The notes below the pieces were generated by a model. That model was not told the DNA's origin. It did not search any database and saw only the letters and a list, made by a program, of their open reading frames with translations. Shown piece after piece: positions 12,268 to 20,526 of a stretch of 32,000 nucleotides of DNA. A program made the position numbers and the translations under genes. The DNA is taken from positions 4,830,001-4,862,000 of the forward strand of contig NZ_LN831039.1 in NCBI RefSeq assembly GCF_001457595.1, written 5' to 3'. The DNA is from Mycolicibacterium smegmatis (GTDB lineage Bacteria; Actinomycetota; Actinomycetes; Mycobacteriales; Mycobacteriaceae). Position 1 is the first letter of the stretch, and each line of letters opens with the position of its first letter.

Positions 12268-12271
12268 CACC

Positions 12272-13102
12272 ATGGGGACGAAAACGCCGGTCGTGGCGGC
12301 CATCCCGAACTACAACATGGGCCACAACCTCAACAGGTTGCTTCCCGAGGTGCTGGCGCAGGGTTACGACGCGGTGTACGTGCTCGACGACGCCTCGACC
12401 GACGACAGCGCGGATGTGGTGCGCCAGTTCGGCAGCGACGTGAAATTCGTGCGCAGTCCCCGCAACCAGGGGGCCGGCGCCAACCGCAACCAGATCATCG
12501 ACTGCGTCGACGACAAGACACTCATCCACTTCGTCGACGCCGACATGGAACTGCGTACCGACCGGATACCCGACACCGCGCGAGAAGTGTTCGCACGCTA
12601 CGAACATCGCGGTGTCGGCATGATCGGCGGTCTGGTGTGCCGTCACGACGGAACGCAGGAACCGCACAACTACGGTGCGGTGTTCTCCGCGTGGGGTGGT
12701 CTCACCTCGGGGCTTCCGCTTATGATCGACCGGCTGCGCGACAGGCCCAGGCTCGCGGCCGCGGCGCAGCGCATTGCCGCACCGCTCATGAAGGAGTGGC
12801 CCAACATCCTGGCCACACCCCAGCCCACCCCGGCGTACTGGCTGCACGAGGGCAACATGCTGGTCGACTCGGGTGTGCTGCGATCACTGGGTGGATACGA
12901 TCCGGACCTGCGTTGCCACGAGGCCCAGGATCTGGCGATCCGCATGGAAAAGCGTGGCATCGGACGACAGTTCGACCCTGACATCAGGGTCGTGCATCTG
13001 CACATCGACGTTCGCGGCAAGAACCGCAACCGGTGGGCCAACCACGCGGTGCGGCAATTGATCCGCAAGCACGGGCTGATGCGCTGGCTGTGCGACCGCT
13101 GA
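12272..13102 (+). CDS. GT2-family (GT-A fold) glycosyltransferase
   Basis: ATG at 12272, 4 bp after the FadD stop: MGTKTPVVAAIPNYNMGHNLNRLLPEVLAQGYDAVYVLDDASTDDS. DxD-type motif HFVDADME. The track ORF start at 12104 overlaps fadD and is rejected. Confidence 0.85.
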   Translation: MGTKTPVVAAIPNYNMGHNLNRLLPEVLAQGYDAVYVLDDASTDDSADVVRQFGSDVKFVRSPRNQGAGANRNQIIDCVDDKTLIHFVDADMELRTDRIPDTAREVFARYEHRGVGMIGGLVCRHDGTQEPHNYGAVFSAWGGLTSGLPLMIDRLRDRPRLAAAAQRIAAPLMKEWPNILATPQPTPAYWLHEGNMLVDSGVLRSLGGYDPDLRCHEAQDLAIRMEKRGIGRQFDPDIRVVHLHIDVRGKNRNRWANHAVRQLIRKHGLMRWLCDR

Positions 13103-13106
13103 CGCG

Positions 13107-13877
13107 CTAGATGGTCGACACGCCGCTGGCCAGCATCAGGACACCGAACAATCCGAGGATGCAGGCGAAGATCGGCCTGCGGTACGCGCCGATCCAGTCG
13201 TGCATCCTCGCCACGATCGCCTTGGTCTTCACCGGCGACGCCAGATAACCCACCAGCGGGATCTCCGCGATCGCAAATGACACGAGCGAGAACACGATTG
13301 CCGCGCAGACCTGGGTGCCGATCGCGGCGCCTGACGCTGCGATGGCCAGGATCGCGAAGCAGTACTCCAGCGGTGGGGTCGCCGAGAACAGTCCCGCGGC
13401 GAACGCCATGGCGGCCGAGTTGCCCCACCGGCCCGAGAACAGCGCGGGCCACGACAACCGGGACAACAGCGACCGTTTTCCCGACGCGGTGGATGCCGCG
13501 GGTGTTGCGGCCGCGGCAAACGCCATGGCGGACACGGGGTCGGCCACTTCCGATACCGGCGCGACGAGCGTGCGACGGCGGGCGCGCATCGCGATGACCA
13601 CCGCCACGGGTATCGCGAGCAGACCCATGGCGATCTGAAGCGGTGGGATGACCGGCTTTTCGGCAGCGGCGACGACGAATTCCGTCACCGGCCGCACCAC
13701 GCCGGGCAGGAACGTGAGCGCGATGACCGCCAGACCCACGCCGGCGGCCATCAGACCGAGCCAGTACGCCAACAGATTGGCCACCGGTCGTTCACGTCCG
13801 ATCAGCAGCAACGTGATCCCGATCCGGACCGGGTCGACCGCCGACACAAGCGCGAGTACCAGGACTGCGCTCCACAT
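13107..13877 (-). CDS. Gap-like (GAP family) multi-pass membrane protein, putative glycolipid export/addressing protein
   Basis: 256 aa, multiple hydrophobic helices, MWSAVLVLALVSAVDPVRIGITLLLIGRERPVANLLAYWLG start resembling mycobacterial Gap proteins. Directly downstream of the PE-PPE-domain gene. Confidence 0.75.
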   Translation of the reverse strand: MWSAVLVLALVSAVDPVRIGITLLLIGRERPVANLLAYWLGLMAAGVGLAVIALTFLPGVVRPVTEFVVAAAEKPVIPPLQIAMGLLAIPVAVVIAMRARRRTLVAPVSEVADPVSAMAFAAAATPAASTASGKRSLLSRLSWPALFSGRWGNSAAMAFAAGLFSATPPLEYCFAILAIAASGAAIGTQVCAAIVFSLVSFAIAEIPLVGYLASPVKTKAIVARMHDWIGAYRRPIFACILGLFGVLMLASGVSTI

Positions 13878-13888
13878 ATCACACCACG

Positions 13889-15715
13889 CTATTTCTTGGC
13901 GGCAGACGCCGCTTGCTTGTCTTGCTTGCCGGCATCCTTCGCCGCTGCACCATGTGCCGCACGAGGTTTGGTCTGCCGGTCATTGTGGTCCCCGGCGGCG
14001 TGCTTCGGTGCGGAATTCTTTTCCCGCGACGGTTTCGCCGACGCGGTGTCCGAATCGGGCGCGCGGTGTTTCGGCGCGGACTCCTTGTCCGAGGGTTTGG
14101 CGGTGAGCCCGGAGGAGTGCCTGCCGCGCTTGCTCGCCGAGGTGCCCTCGGACTTCTCCTTCGGCTCGGGTTTGGCGTCGGCGGGCTTGGTCACGGCCTT
14201 GTCCTCGCTGCCGGAATCTTTCGCCACGGTGGTCGGCTTCTTCGTGTCGGACGTTTCCGGCGTTTCCGACCCAGACGGTTCCGACTCAGAGGATTCAGAG
14301 GGCTCAGAGGGCTCCGCATCGGCTTCGTCGCCCGCCTCGTCCGCGGCCTGGAGCCTGGGCTTCGTCAGGGTCGTGACCTTCGCCTGCGTTTTCTCCGTGA
14401 CCGCGCCGATCTTGGCGGTGACCGCATCTGCCTCGGCCTCGGTGGCATCTGTGAGCCGCGAGACCAGCGTGGCCTTCACCGACGAATCGTCGGCGAGCTC
14501 AGTGCCTTTGGAGGCTTCTTTGGTGAGGTCCTCGTCGGGGTCGAGGTAGTCCACGTCCGGGCCGCCCACACCGAACGGACCGGGACGCACCGTGCCGAAC
14601 GGGCGCGTGCCGTTGACATCCTCGATCGCGTTGTCCCACCCGGTGGGAATCGCGACAAGGAAATCGGCCGCGGTCTTCAGCGGGTCCTTCGCAGGAACGA
14701 GGGTCCACGGCTTGGGTTCACCGGGACTCGATGTGCGGTCGTAGCCCGATTCCACGAGAACCCGCAGTGGCGCGTCGAGGACGTCTGCCAGAAACGAGCC
14801 GACGATTGGCGTCTGTGAGAGTTCGTACAACAGCGGCAGGGTGTCCGTCGGGATCATCAGGTACCGGGTGTCGCCGTACTGGCCCTGATCGATGATGCCT
14901 GGAGAGCCGAGGCTGTAGTCCGCGTAGTGGGGATGCAACAACCGTTGCCCGGCATTCGCATTGGCGACGGCCAGCAGATTGGCGGGGTTGATGGGCTGAT
15001 CCGCCCAACCGTCGTACTGGATGGCAACGTCGATCGTCGAATACTGGGTGTCCGTCGGCGTCGACCCGTTGAACGTCACCCCACCGCCGGGCGTGCCGAG
15101 CGGGATCGTCACACCTTTGGGTCCCCGCGCGAGGAAGCCGCCGTTGGGCCGGTTTCCGTTGGCGGTCAGGATGAACGAGACGTCCGGGCCCTCTCCGTAC
15201 GGGTACAGGGCGGCAAGCCTGGCCTTTTCCAGAGTGGCGATGGCAGCGCTCTGCGAGTAGCCGAAAACCACCAGATTGTCCCCGGGCGCCGGCCGGTCCG
15301 ATCCGAGATCCTCGTTGATGTCGCACTCGTCACCCGATTCGATGCACGTCGCCAGTTTCCCGGCTCCGGCGGCGACCGAATCGTCGAATGTCAGCGAGGT
15401 GTCTCCGGGTTCACCGGAGTTGAACTGCGCGGGTGTGATGACCGCGACCGCGTTGTACGGCCCGCCGGGGATACCGCTGCCGGGCCGCGACGCCGACGGT
15501 ATGACATAGTTCCCCACAACCTTCGAGGTGTAGTCCCTGATGAACGGCAGTCCGTCCTGATCGGTGGTGAGCGGGTCCCCCGATCCCCCCATGATGAGAA
15601 CACTGGTCCTCGCGGCGGCCGCCGCAACCGAGACCACCGTCGAGACCAGACCCAGGGCCATGACGCTCAGCAGGGCGATGAGCCCCACGCGAACGTCGCG
15701 CATCGTTACGCGCAT
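13889..15715 (-). CDS. PE-PPE-domain (Chp-like) serine alpha/beta hydrolase or transacylase with long Ser/Pro/Lys/Glu-rich C-terminal tail
   Basis: 608 aa. N-terminal hydrophobic segment MRDVRVGLIALLSVMALGLVSTVVSVAAAAA; nucleophile elbow VVFGYSQSAAIATLEKARL; NRPNGGFLARGPKGVTIPLGTPGGGVTFNG and DIAIQYDGWADQP typical of PE-PPE domains. Tail is low-complexity and charged. Confidence 0.8.
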   Translation of the reverse strand: MRVTMRDVRVGLIALLSVMALGLVSTVVSVAAAAARTSVLIMGGSGDPLTTDQDGLPFIRDYTSKVVGNYVIPSASRPGSGIPGGPYNAVAVITPAQFNSGEPGDTSLTFDDSVAAGAGKLATCIESGDECDINEDLGSDRPAPGDNLVVFGYSQSAAIATLEKARLAALYPYGEGPDVSFILTANGNRPNGGFLARGPKGVTIPLGTPGGGVTFNGSTPTDTQYSTIDVAIQYDGWADQPINPANLLAVANANAGQRLLHPHYADYSLGSPGIIDQGQYGDTRYLMIPTDTLPLLYELSQTPIVGSFLADVLDAPLRVLVESGYDRTSSPGEPKPWTLVPAKDPLKTAADFLVAIPTGWDNAIEDVNGTRPFGTVRPGPFGVGGPDVDYLDPDEDLTKEASKGTELADDSSVKATLVSRLTDATEAEADAVTAKIGAVTEKTQAKVTTLTKPRLQAADEAGDEADAEPSEPSESSESEPSGSETPETSDTKKPTTVAKDSGSEDKAVTKPADAKPEPKEKSEGTSASKRGRHSSGLTAKPSDKESAPKHRAPDSDTASAKPSREKNSAPKHAAGDHNDRQTKPRAAHGAAAKDAGKQDKQAASAAKK

Positions 15716-15731
15716 CGAAATCCTTCCCCCG

Positions 15732-16616
15732 CTACCGAGTTACCGGGTCCACCGGTGGAGAGAAACTCTCCAGGAACGACTTGGGCTGACGCAGACGAAT
15801 GGCAGGCCACCGCGTGAACGACGCGGGGCCCAGGGCGCTCCACAGCGTGGCAGCGGTCCCTTTCGAGGGCTCCAGACCGTAGTCGTGGCGAAGGTGCTCG
15901 CGGTACGGCAACGCGGGGCCGAAGAGGATGTTTCCCGAGTGGTTCTCGCCGGTGTCGACGTGATAGACCGCGCCGGGGAAGGGCAGCGGCTCCAGGGCAC
16001 GACCGCGGTCACGCCACCAGTCGTAGGCGAAACCGTGCTCGAGCGACCGTTCCAGCCGCTCCCCGAAGGCGTCGGCGATCGCACGCTGGCCCGAGGTGAC
16101 GGTGAGTTCGGGCGGTACCTCGTAGGCCGACCAGGGGATGATGAACGACGTGCCGCAATAACGATAGAAGTTGCGACGCAGCGCGTAAGCGTTTCGGCGC
16201 CGCGAGTAGATCCAGCCCCGTGTGCTCACCCAGCCGGGCGCCCCCGGGTGCGCGGCGACGAAAGCCGCGATATCGCGATGCACGAAATCGTCGGCATCGA
16301 CGAACATCACATGATCGGGGGCATACTCCCGGGCGGCAACCAGCCCTATCGCGTTCTTGGTGCCCTTGTCCCAGATCACCGAAGCCGGACCGGTGCGGGG
16401 ACCGTTGTGGGTCGACGGCGGCGGGAAGTCGACCTCGACGAACACGGCCCGCGGTGGGAGTTCGAACGCAGGCAACCGATTTCCGACGATGATGATGAGA
16501 TGGTCGTCACAGGACTGCCGGCTGACCGATCGAAGCGTGTCCTGAAGCAGCGCTTCGACGCGACCGTAATCCGCGGAGTTCCGCGGATGTCGCAAGGTGG
16601 TGATGAAGGCCAGCAT
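15732..16616 (-). CDS. GT-A/GT2-type glycosyltransferase
   Basis: 294 aa; MLAFITTLRHPRNSADYGRVEALLQDTLRSVSRQSCDDHLIIIVGN; acidic motif HVMFVDADDFVHRD; spacing of 16 bp to downstream gene. Confidence 0.72.
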   Translation of the reverse strand: MLAFITTLRHPRNSADYGRVEALLQDTLRSVSRQSCDDHLIIIVGNRLPAFELPPRAVFVEVDFPPPSTHNGPRTGPASVIWDKGTKNAIGLVAAREYAPDHVMFVDADDFVHRDIAAFVAAHPGAPGWVSTRGWIYSRRRNAYALRRNFYRYCGTSFIIPWSAYEVPPELTVTSGQRAIADAFGERLERSLEHGFAYDWWRDRGRALEPLPFPGAVYHVDTGENHSGNILFGPALPYREHLRHDYGLEPSKGTAATLWSALGPASFTRWPAIRLRQPKSFLESFSPPVDPVTR

Positions 16617-16743
16617 CGCGGGGAACTCTACCGAGTTCAGAGCGTTATCACGAATCGGTGAACGCCCAAATAATCAGCCGGACAGCACATTACGTGATCT
16701 TGGAATCGCGGCAAACCACAGTGGATTTGCTCCGCGTCACCGA

Positions 16744-17811
16744 TCACACACGGGAGACCGCCAGGCCGGTCCGCAGCACCCCGTAGTCGGTGTCGAGTCG
16801 CGCGCGCAGCACGTCCACGGCCGCGCGGGTCTTCTCCCGGATCGCCGCGGCATCGTCCAGCGTCGCCAAAACCCGCTCCACCACGGCAGACACACTCAAC
16901 GCATCGGTACGCAACAACGACCGCTCATCATCGATCGACAACGCGAAATCACGGCACTTGGGCTGATACTCCAACGAGATCACCGGCGTCTGCGACAACG
17001 CCGCCAAAATCCCCGCATGCAAACGGCTCACGATCACCGCCGAACAACCAGCAAGCTCCGCAGCCGCCCCCGCCGCATCGACCGGCGCCACGATCCGAGC
17101 CCCCGTACCCGCCAACGCCTGCTCGGTCCACCGACGATCCGCACCGTTCATCAAGATCCCCACAAACCGGAACCCACGCGCCGAAAGCTCCCGCACCGCC
17201 CCAGAAATCACATCAGCCACACCAGCGGGGTCGTGGCCCCACAAGTCGTCGCCGAACCCGAGGTTCAACCCGATCACACCGTCCTGCGGCACCACCTGCG
17301 GACGATCCAACAACAACGCCGGATCACCGGCCACCGTCACCTCAAGACCCGCATCCGCCAGCAACTGCGCACTCCGCGGCCCCCGCACCGAGACCACCCG
17401 AAACCGCGACAACAACGGAATCCAGCGCCGCAACTCATCAGGCCCCGAGCCGCTGCGGCGTCCTTCGAAGACGGGGTCTTCCACGCCGACGCCGATGGCG
17501 TAACTGCCGTGTGTACCTGTCAGTTTCAGGCCGTGGCCGGCCACGCGCCGCCAATGGCGCCTACCGATCAGGGTTCCGCCGCCGATCACCTGCGCGCTGC
17601 GCCGCAACAAGCGGTTACGACCCGACACCACCGCACGCAACCGCTCCCCCGGCAACACCGGAAGATCCACGAACCCCGCGCCCGGCAACTGCGCACACAC
17701 CGCGTCATAAATCGCGTCATCACCCAGATTGCCCCGACCATGCCACCCCAGATAACCCACCAAGGGACGCACAGTGGCCGCGCCCTCGACCGGTCGGCGT
17801 GATGTGGTCAT
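16744..17811 (-). CDS. Polysaccharide pyruvyl transferase family protein (copy A)
   Basis: 355 aa: RPLVGYLGWHGRGNLGDDAIYDA, QVIGGGTL, SVRGPRSAQLLADAG, AVIVSRLHAGILAALSQTPVISLEYQPK, motifs typical of the CsaB/WcaK-like family. Confidence 0.88.
   Translation of the reverse strand: MTTSRRPVEGAATVRPLVGYLGWHGRGNLGDDAIYDAVCAQLPGAGFVDLPVLPGERLRAVVSGRNRLLRRSAQVIGGGTLIGRRHWRRVAGHGLKLTGTHGSYAIGVGVEDPVFEGRRSGSGPDELRRWIPLLSRFRVVSVRGPRSAQLLADAGLEVTVAGDPALLLDRPQVVPQDGVIGLNLGFGDDLWGHDPAGVADVISGAVRELSARGFRFVGILMNGADRRWTEQALAGTGARIVAPVDAAGAAAELAGCSAVIVSRLHAGILAALSQTPVISLEYQPKCRDFALSIDDERSLLRTDALSVSAVVERVLATLDDAAAIREKTRAAVDVLRARLDTDYGVLRTGLAVSRV
16789..17448. repeat. Long direct repeat block 1, copy A (partner 17853..18515)
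   Basis: Base-by-base reading: identical to 17853..18515 except for a 3-bp indel and an adjacent A/G difference (cacaagtcgtcgccg vs cacaggtcgtcgtcgccg). Confidence 0.93.
17570..17778. repeat. Direct repeat block 2, copy A (partner 18637..18845)
   Basis: 209 bp. The only difference I could see is g/a at 17671 vs 18738 (gatccacgaac vs gatccacaaac). Confidence 0.92.
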
Positions 17812-18884
17812 GACGCGTGTGGTCCGAGTTCGGCTCGCAAGACGTCGTACTGGGTGTCGAGTCGCGCGCGCAGCACGTCCACGGCCGCGCGGGTCTTCTC
17901 CCGGATCGCCGCGGCATCGTCCAGCGTCGCCAAAACCCGCTCCACCACGGCAGACACACTCAACGCATCGGTACGCAACAACGACCGCTCATCATCGATC
18001 GACAACGCGAAATCACGGCACTTGGGCTGATACTCCAACGAGATCACCGGCGTCTGCGACAACGCCGCCAAAATCCCCGCATGCAAACGGCTCACGATCA
18101 CCGCCGAACAACCAGCAAGCTCCGCAGCCGCCCCCGCCGCATCGACCGGCGCCACGATCCGAGCCCCCGTACCCGCCAACGCCTGCTCGGTCCACCGACG
18201 ATCCGCACCGTTCATCAAGATCCCCACAAACCGGAACCCACGCGCCGAAAGCTCCCGCACCGCCCCAGAAATCACATCAGCCACACCAGCGGGGTCGTGG
18301 CCCCACAGGTCGTCGTCGCCGAACCCGAGGTTCAACCCGATCACACCGTCCTGCGGCACCACCTGCGGACGATCCAACAACAACGCCGGATCACCGGCCA
18401 CCGTCACCTCAAGACCCGCATCCGCCAGCAACTGCGCACTCCGCGGCCCCCGCACCGAGACCACCCGAAACCGCGACAACAACGGAATCCAGCGCCGCAA
18501 CTCATCAGGCCCCGACGCATTCTGCGTTCGCGGGTACGCCGGGTCCTCGACCCCTGCGCCGATGGCGTAACTGCCGCGCGTTGCGGTCAGCTTCAGGCCG
18601 CGGGCCACGAGCGGACGGAAATAGCGTGTGCCCAAGAGGGTTCCGCCGCCGATCACCTGCGCGCTGCGCCGCAACAAGCGGTTACGACCCGACACCACCG
18701 CACGCAACCGCTCCCCCGGCAACACCGGAAGATCCACAAACCCCGCGCCCGGCAACTGCGCACACACCGCGTCATAAATCGCGTCATCACCCAGATTGCC
18801 CCGACCATGCCACCCCAGATAACCCACCAAGGGACGCACAGTGGCGGCGGTCGCACGATTGTCGGTTGCCCGGTTCAGGCTCAT
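17808..18884 (-). CDS. Polysaccharide pyruvyl transferase family protein (copy B), tandem paralogue
   Basis: Near-identical to copy A outside a short core. Start probably ATG at 18884 (MSLNRATD) or 18917 (MTIQAERQRVF); the track start at 19004 is less likely. Stop overlaps copy A start by 4 nt (ATGA). Confidence 0.86.
   Translation of the reverse strand: MSLNRATDNRATAATVRPLVGYLGWHGRGNLGDDAIYDAVCAQLPGAGFVDLPVLPGERLRAVVSGRNRLLRRSAQVIGGGTLLGTRYFRPLVARGLKLTATRGSYAIGAGVEDPAYPRTQNASGPDELRRWIPLLSRFRVVSVRGPRSAQLLADAGLEVTVAGDPALLLDRPQVVPQDGVIGLNLGFGDDDLWGHDPAGVADVISGAVRELSARGFRFVGILMNGADRRWTEQALAGTGARIVAPVDAAGAAAELAGCSAVIVSRLHAGILAALSQTPVISLEYQPKCRDFALSIDDERSLLRTDALSVSAVVERVLATLDDAAAIREKTRAAVDVLRARLDTQYDVLRAELGPHAS
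17853..18515. repeat. Long direct repeat block 1, copy B
   Basis: See partner 16789..17448. Confidence 0.93.
18637..18845. repeat. Direct repeat block 2, copy B
   Basis: See partner 17570..17778. Confidence 0.92.
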
Positions 18885-19177
18885 GAAAACTCTCTGGCGT
18901 TCGGCTTGAATTGTCATCGAAAAGGTGCGCGCCGTCCGTCGCACTCGCAGATGGGCGGGCCGATGAAGGATCCAACGGTACCCCGCCACGTGGCCTGCGG
19001 CCATCTTCGGTCATACTGGTGGTATCCGGTCGGCCCACGAAAAGACGCGTTTGTCGCGTCGATGCTAGCCTCCCGGAAAACAACAGGTGTGGTGGGCGGC
19101 CCCGATCCGGGTCGCCCCGATTGCGGCGCACCGATTCGACGACGTCGAAATTTCACATGCTCGAGGAGTTTTAGCAA

Positions 19178-19750
19178 ATGTTGAGAGCGCTTGGCGCCCT
19201 GCGTCAGAAGACCGATTACCGGCGATGGGCCGAACCTCGCAACATTTACTCGTCATGGGAGAGCCGCACGCAGCGGGCGGCCGAACTCATTCCGGACGGC
19301 AGCCGGGTCATCGAATTCGGCGCTGCCAAACGGGTGCTGGAACGCCATCTCGACCCGTCGTGCACCTACGTGCCGTCCGACATCGTCGATCGCGGGCCGG
19401 GAACCATCGTCGCCGATCTCAATGACCGCCCGCTACCGGACTTCGCCCCGGGCACCTACGACGTCGCGGTGTTCATGGGGGTTCTCGAATACATCCAGGA
19501 TCTGCCTGCGCTTGTCGACTGGCTCGCCGAACGCTTCCCGAAGTGTGTGGTCTCGTACGCGTGTGCGCGTGATGACGCGCATTCCCTGCGGGCACTGCGG
19601 GAGAAGGCCGTACGCCTGCAGCACGGCTGGATGAACAGCTACACCGGCGATCAGCTGCGGTCGGAGTTCACCGCACGCGGCTACGCGGTCACCCACGAAG
19701 AGAGCTGGGAGAACCAGCAGATGTTCGTGTTCTCACAGCTCCCCCGCTGA
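19178..19750 (+). CDS. Small class I SAM-dependent methyltransferase
   Basis: 190 aa with RBS cgaggag. SRVIEFGAAKRVLE (motif I-like), YDVAVFMGVLEYIQDLPALVDWLAERFPKCVVSYA. Confidence 0.72.
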   Translation: MLRALGALRQKTDYRRWAEPRNIYSSWESRTQRAAELIPDGSRVIEFGAAKRVLERHLDPSCTYVPSDIVDRGPGTIVADLNDRPLPDFAPGTYDVAVFMGVLEYIQDLPALVDWLAERFPKCVVSYACARDDAHSLRALREKAVRLQHGWMNSYTGDQLRSEFTARGYAVTHEESWENQQMFVFSQLPR

Positions 19751-19757
19751 GCGGTCG

Positions 19758-20438
19758 CTACCGGCACTCGGCAAGTCCGAGTCGGTTGTTGCGGCGGAAC
19801 TCGACCGCACCCACGACGTCGTCCGAACGGCCGATCTCCAGCCATGCCTCGTGCATGCCCTGGCCGTATGTGATGTCGTCGAACAAGACCAGGCCGCCAG
19901 GCGACATCAGCGGCTTCAGGATCTCCCACTGCTGCATGACGAAGTCGTAGGTGTGGATTCCGTCGACGAACGCGATGTCGATGGATCCCGGAACCTCCGT
20001 CACATGTTCCTCAAATGCCCCACGCGTCAACGTGAAACGCTGCGTCAGTTGCGCGATGGACCGCTCGGCGACGGCCGCCCATGAATCGTTGATCTCGAAG
20101 CTGTACAGGTGTCCGGTGCCGTTCGACTCGATGCCCACACCGAAATACATGCCCGACACCCCGAATCCCGACCCGAACTCGACCACGGTCTGGGGCTTCC
20201 GTTGCATGACCAGCCACGCGTAGAGGTCACCCTGGAACGGGGGCGAACTGACGTCGCGCGGAGTGAATTTGGCTTCCGGCATGTCGTATTCGGGCGCGAG
20301 GGCCTGGGGGCCCAGTTGTTCGTGGTTGGCAGCCAGGATGGCTTCTATCCGGTCTTTGTGCGGTGCGGGCGGGAATCGGCTTGGCATATCGGCGATCCAG
20401 CCACCGCGCGTGATCCACTTCAACGAGCGCGTAAACAT
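19758..20438 (-). CDS. Class I SAM-dependent O-methyltransferase-like protein
   Basis: 226 aa. QTVVEFGSGFGVSGMYFG (motif I), HLYSFEINDSWAAVAE, IDIAFVDGIHTYDFVMQQWEILKPLMSPGGLVLFDDI. Confidence 0.78.
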   Translation of the reverse strand: MFTRSLKWITRGGWIADMPSRFPPAPHKDRIEAILAANHEQLGPQALAPEYDMPEAKFTPRDVSSPPFQGDLYAWLVMQRKPQTVVEFGSGFGVSGMYFGVGIESNGTGHLYSFEINDSWAAVAERSIAQLTQRFTLTRGAFEEHVTEVPGSIDIAFVDGIHTYDFVMQQWEILKPLMSPGGLVLFDDITYGQGMHEAWLEIGRSDDVVGAVEFRRNNRLGLAECR

Positions 20439-20526
20439 TGATGCAGTCTAGCCAGGCACCACGACCCGTTCGCCGGTGCACCGCGGAATTTGCCGGCTCA
20501 TGATCGATCTTGGTTCACAACAACAT

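Noticed and set aside
12104-12271. N-terminal extension of the GT2 ORF into fadD
   Set aside because: Arg/Cys-rich frame overlap. A proper start exists at 12272, directly after the fadD stop.
13896-14818. Forward ORFs (13896..14549, 13913..14818) opposite the PE-PPE protein tail
   Set aside because: Antisense translations of the low-complexity Ser/Glu/Lys-rich tail, without independent start or domain evidence.
16700-16726. Weak inverted repeat near gcaaaccacagtggatttgc downstream of copy A
   Set aside because: Multiple mismatches in the stem and no T run. Not distinguishable from chance.
17449-18636. Possibility that the repeats are a mobile element or a CRISPR-like array
   Set aside because: The repeats are full protein-coding segments of paralogous genes. 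There are no terminal inverted repeats, transposase, target-site duplications or short regularly spaced repeats.
16597-19184. Long forward ORFs (16597..17802, 17774..18886, 17817..19184) opposite the pyruvyl transferases
   Set aside because: The translations are repeats of PRPPHRDHPKP-type antisense composition. Their length and mutual similarity are explained by duplication of the reverse-strand genes.
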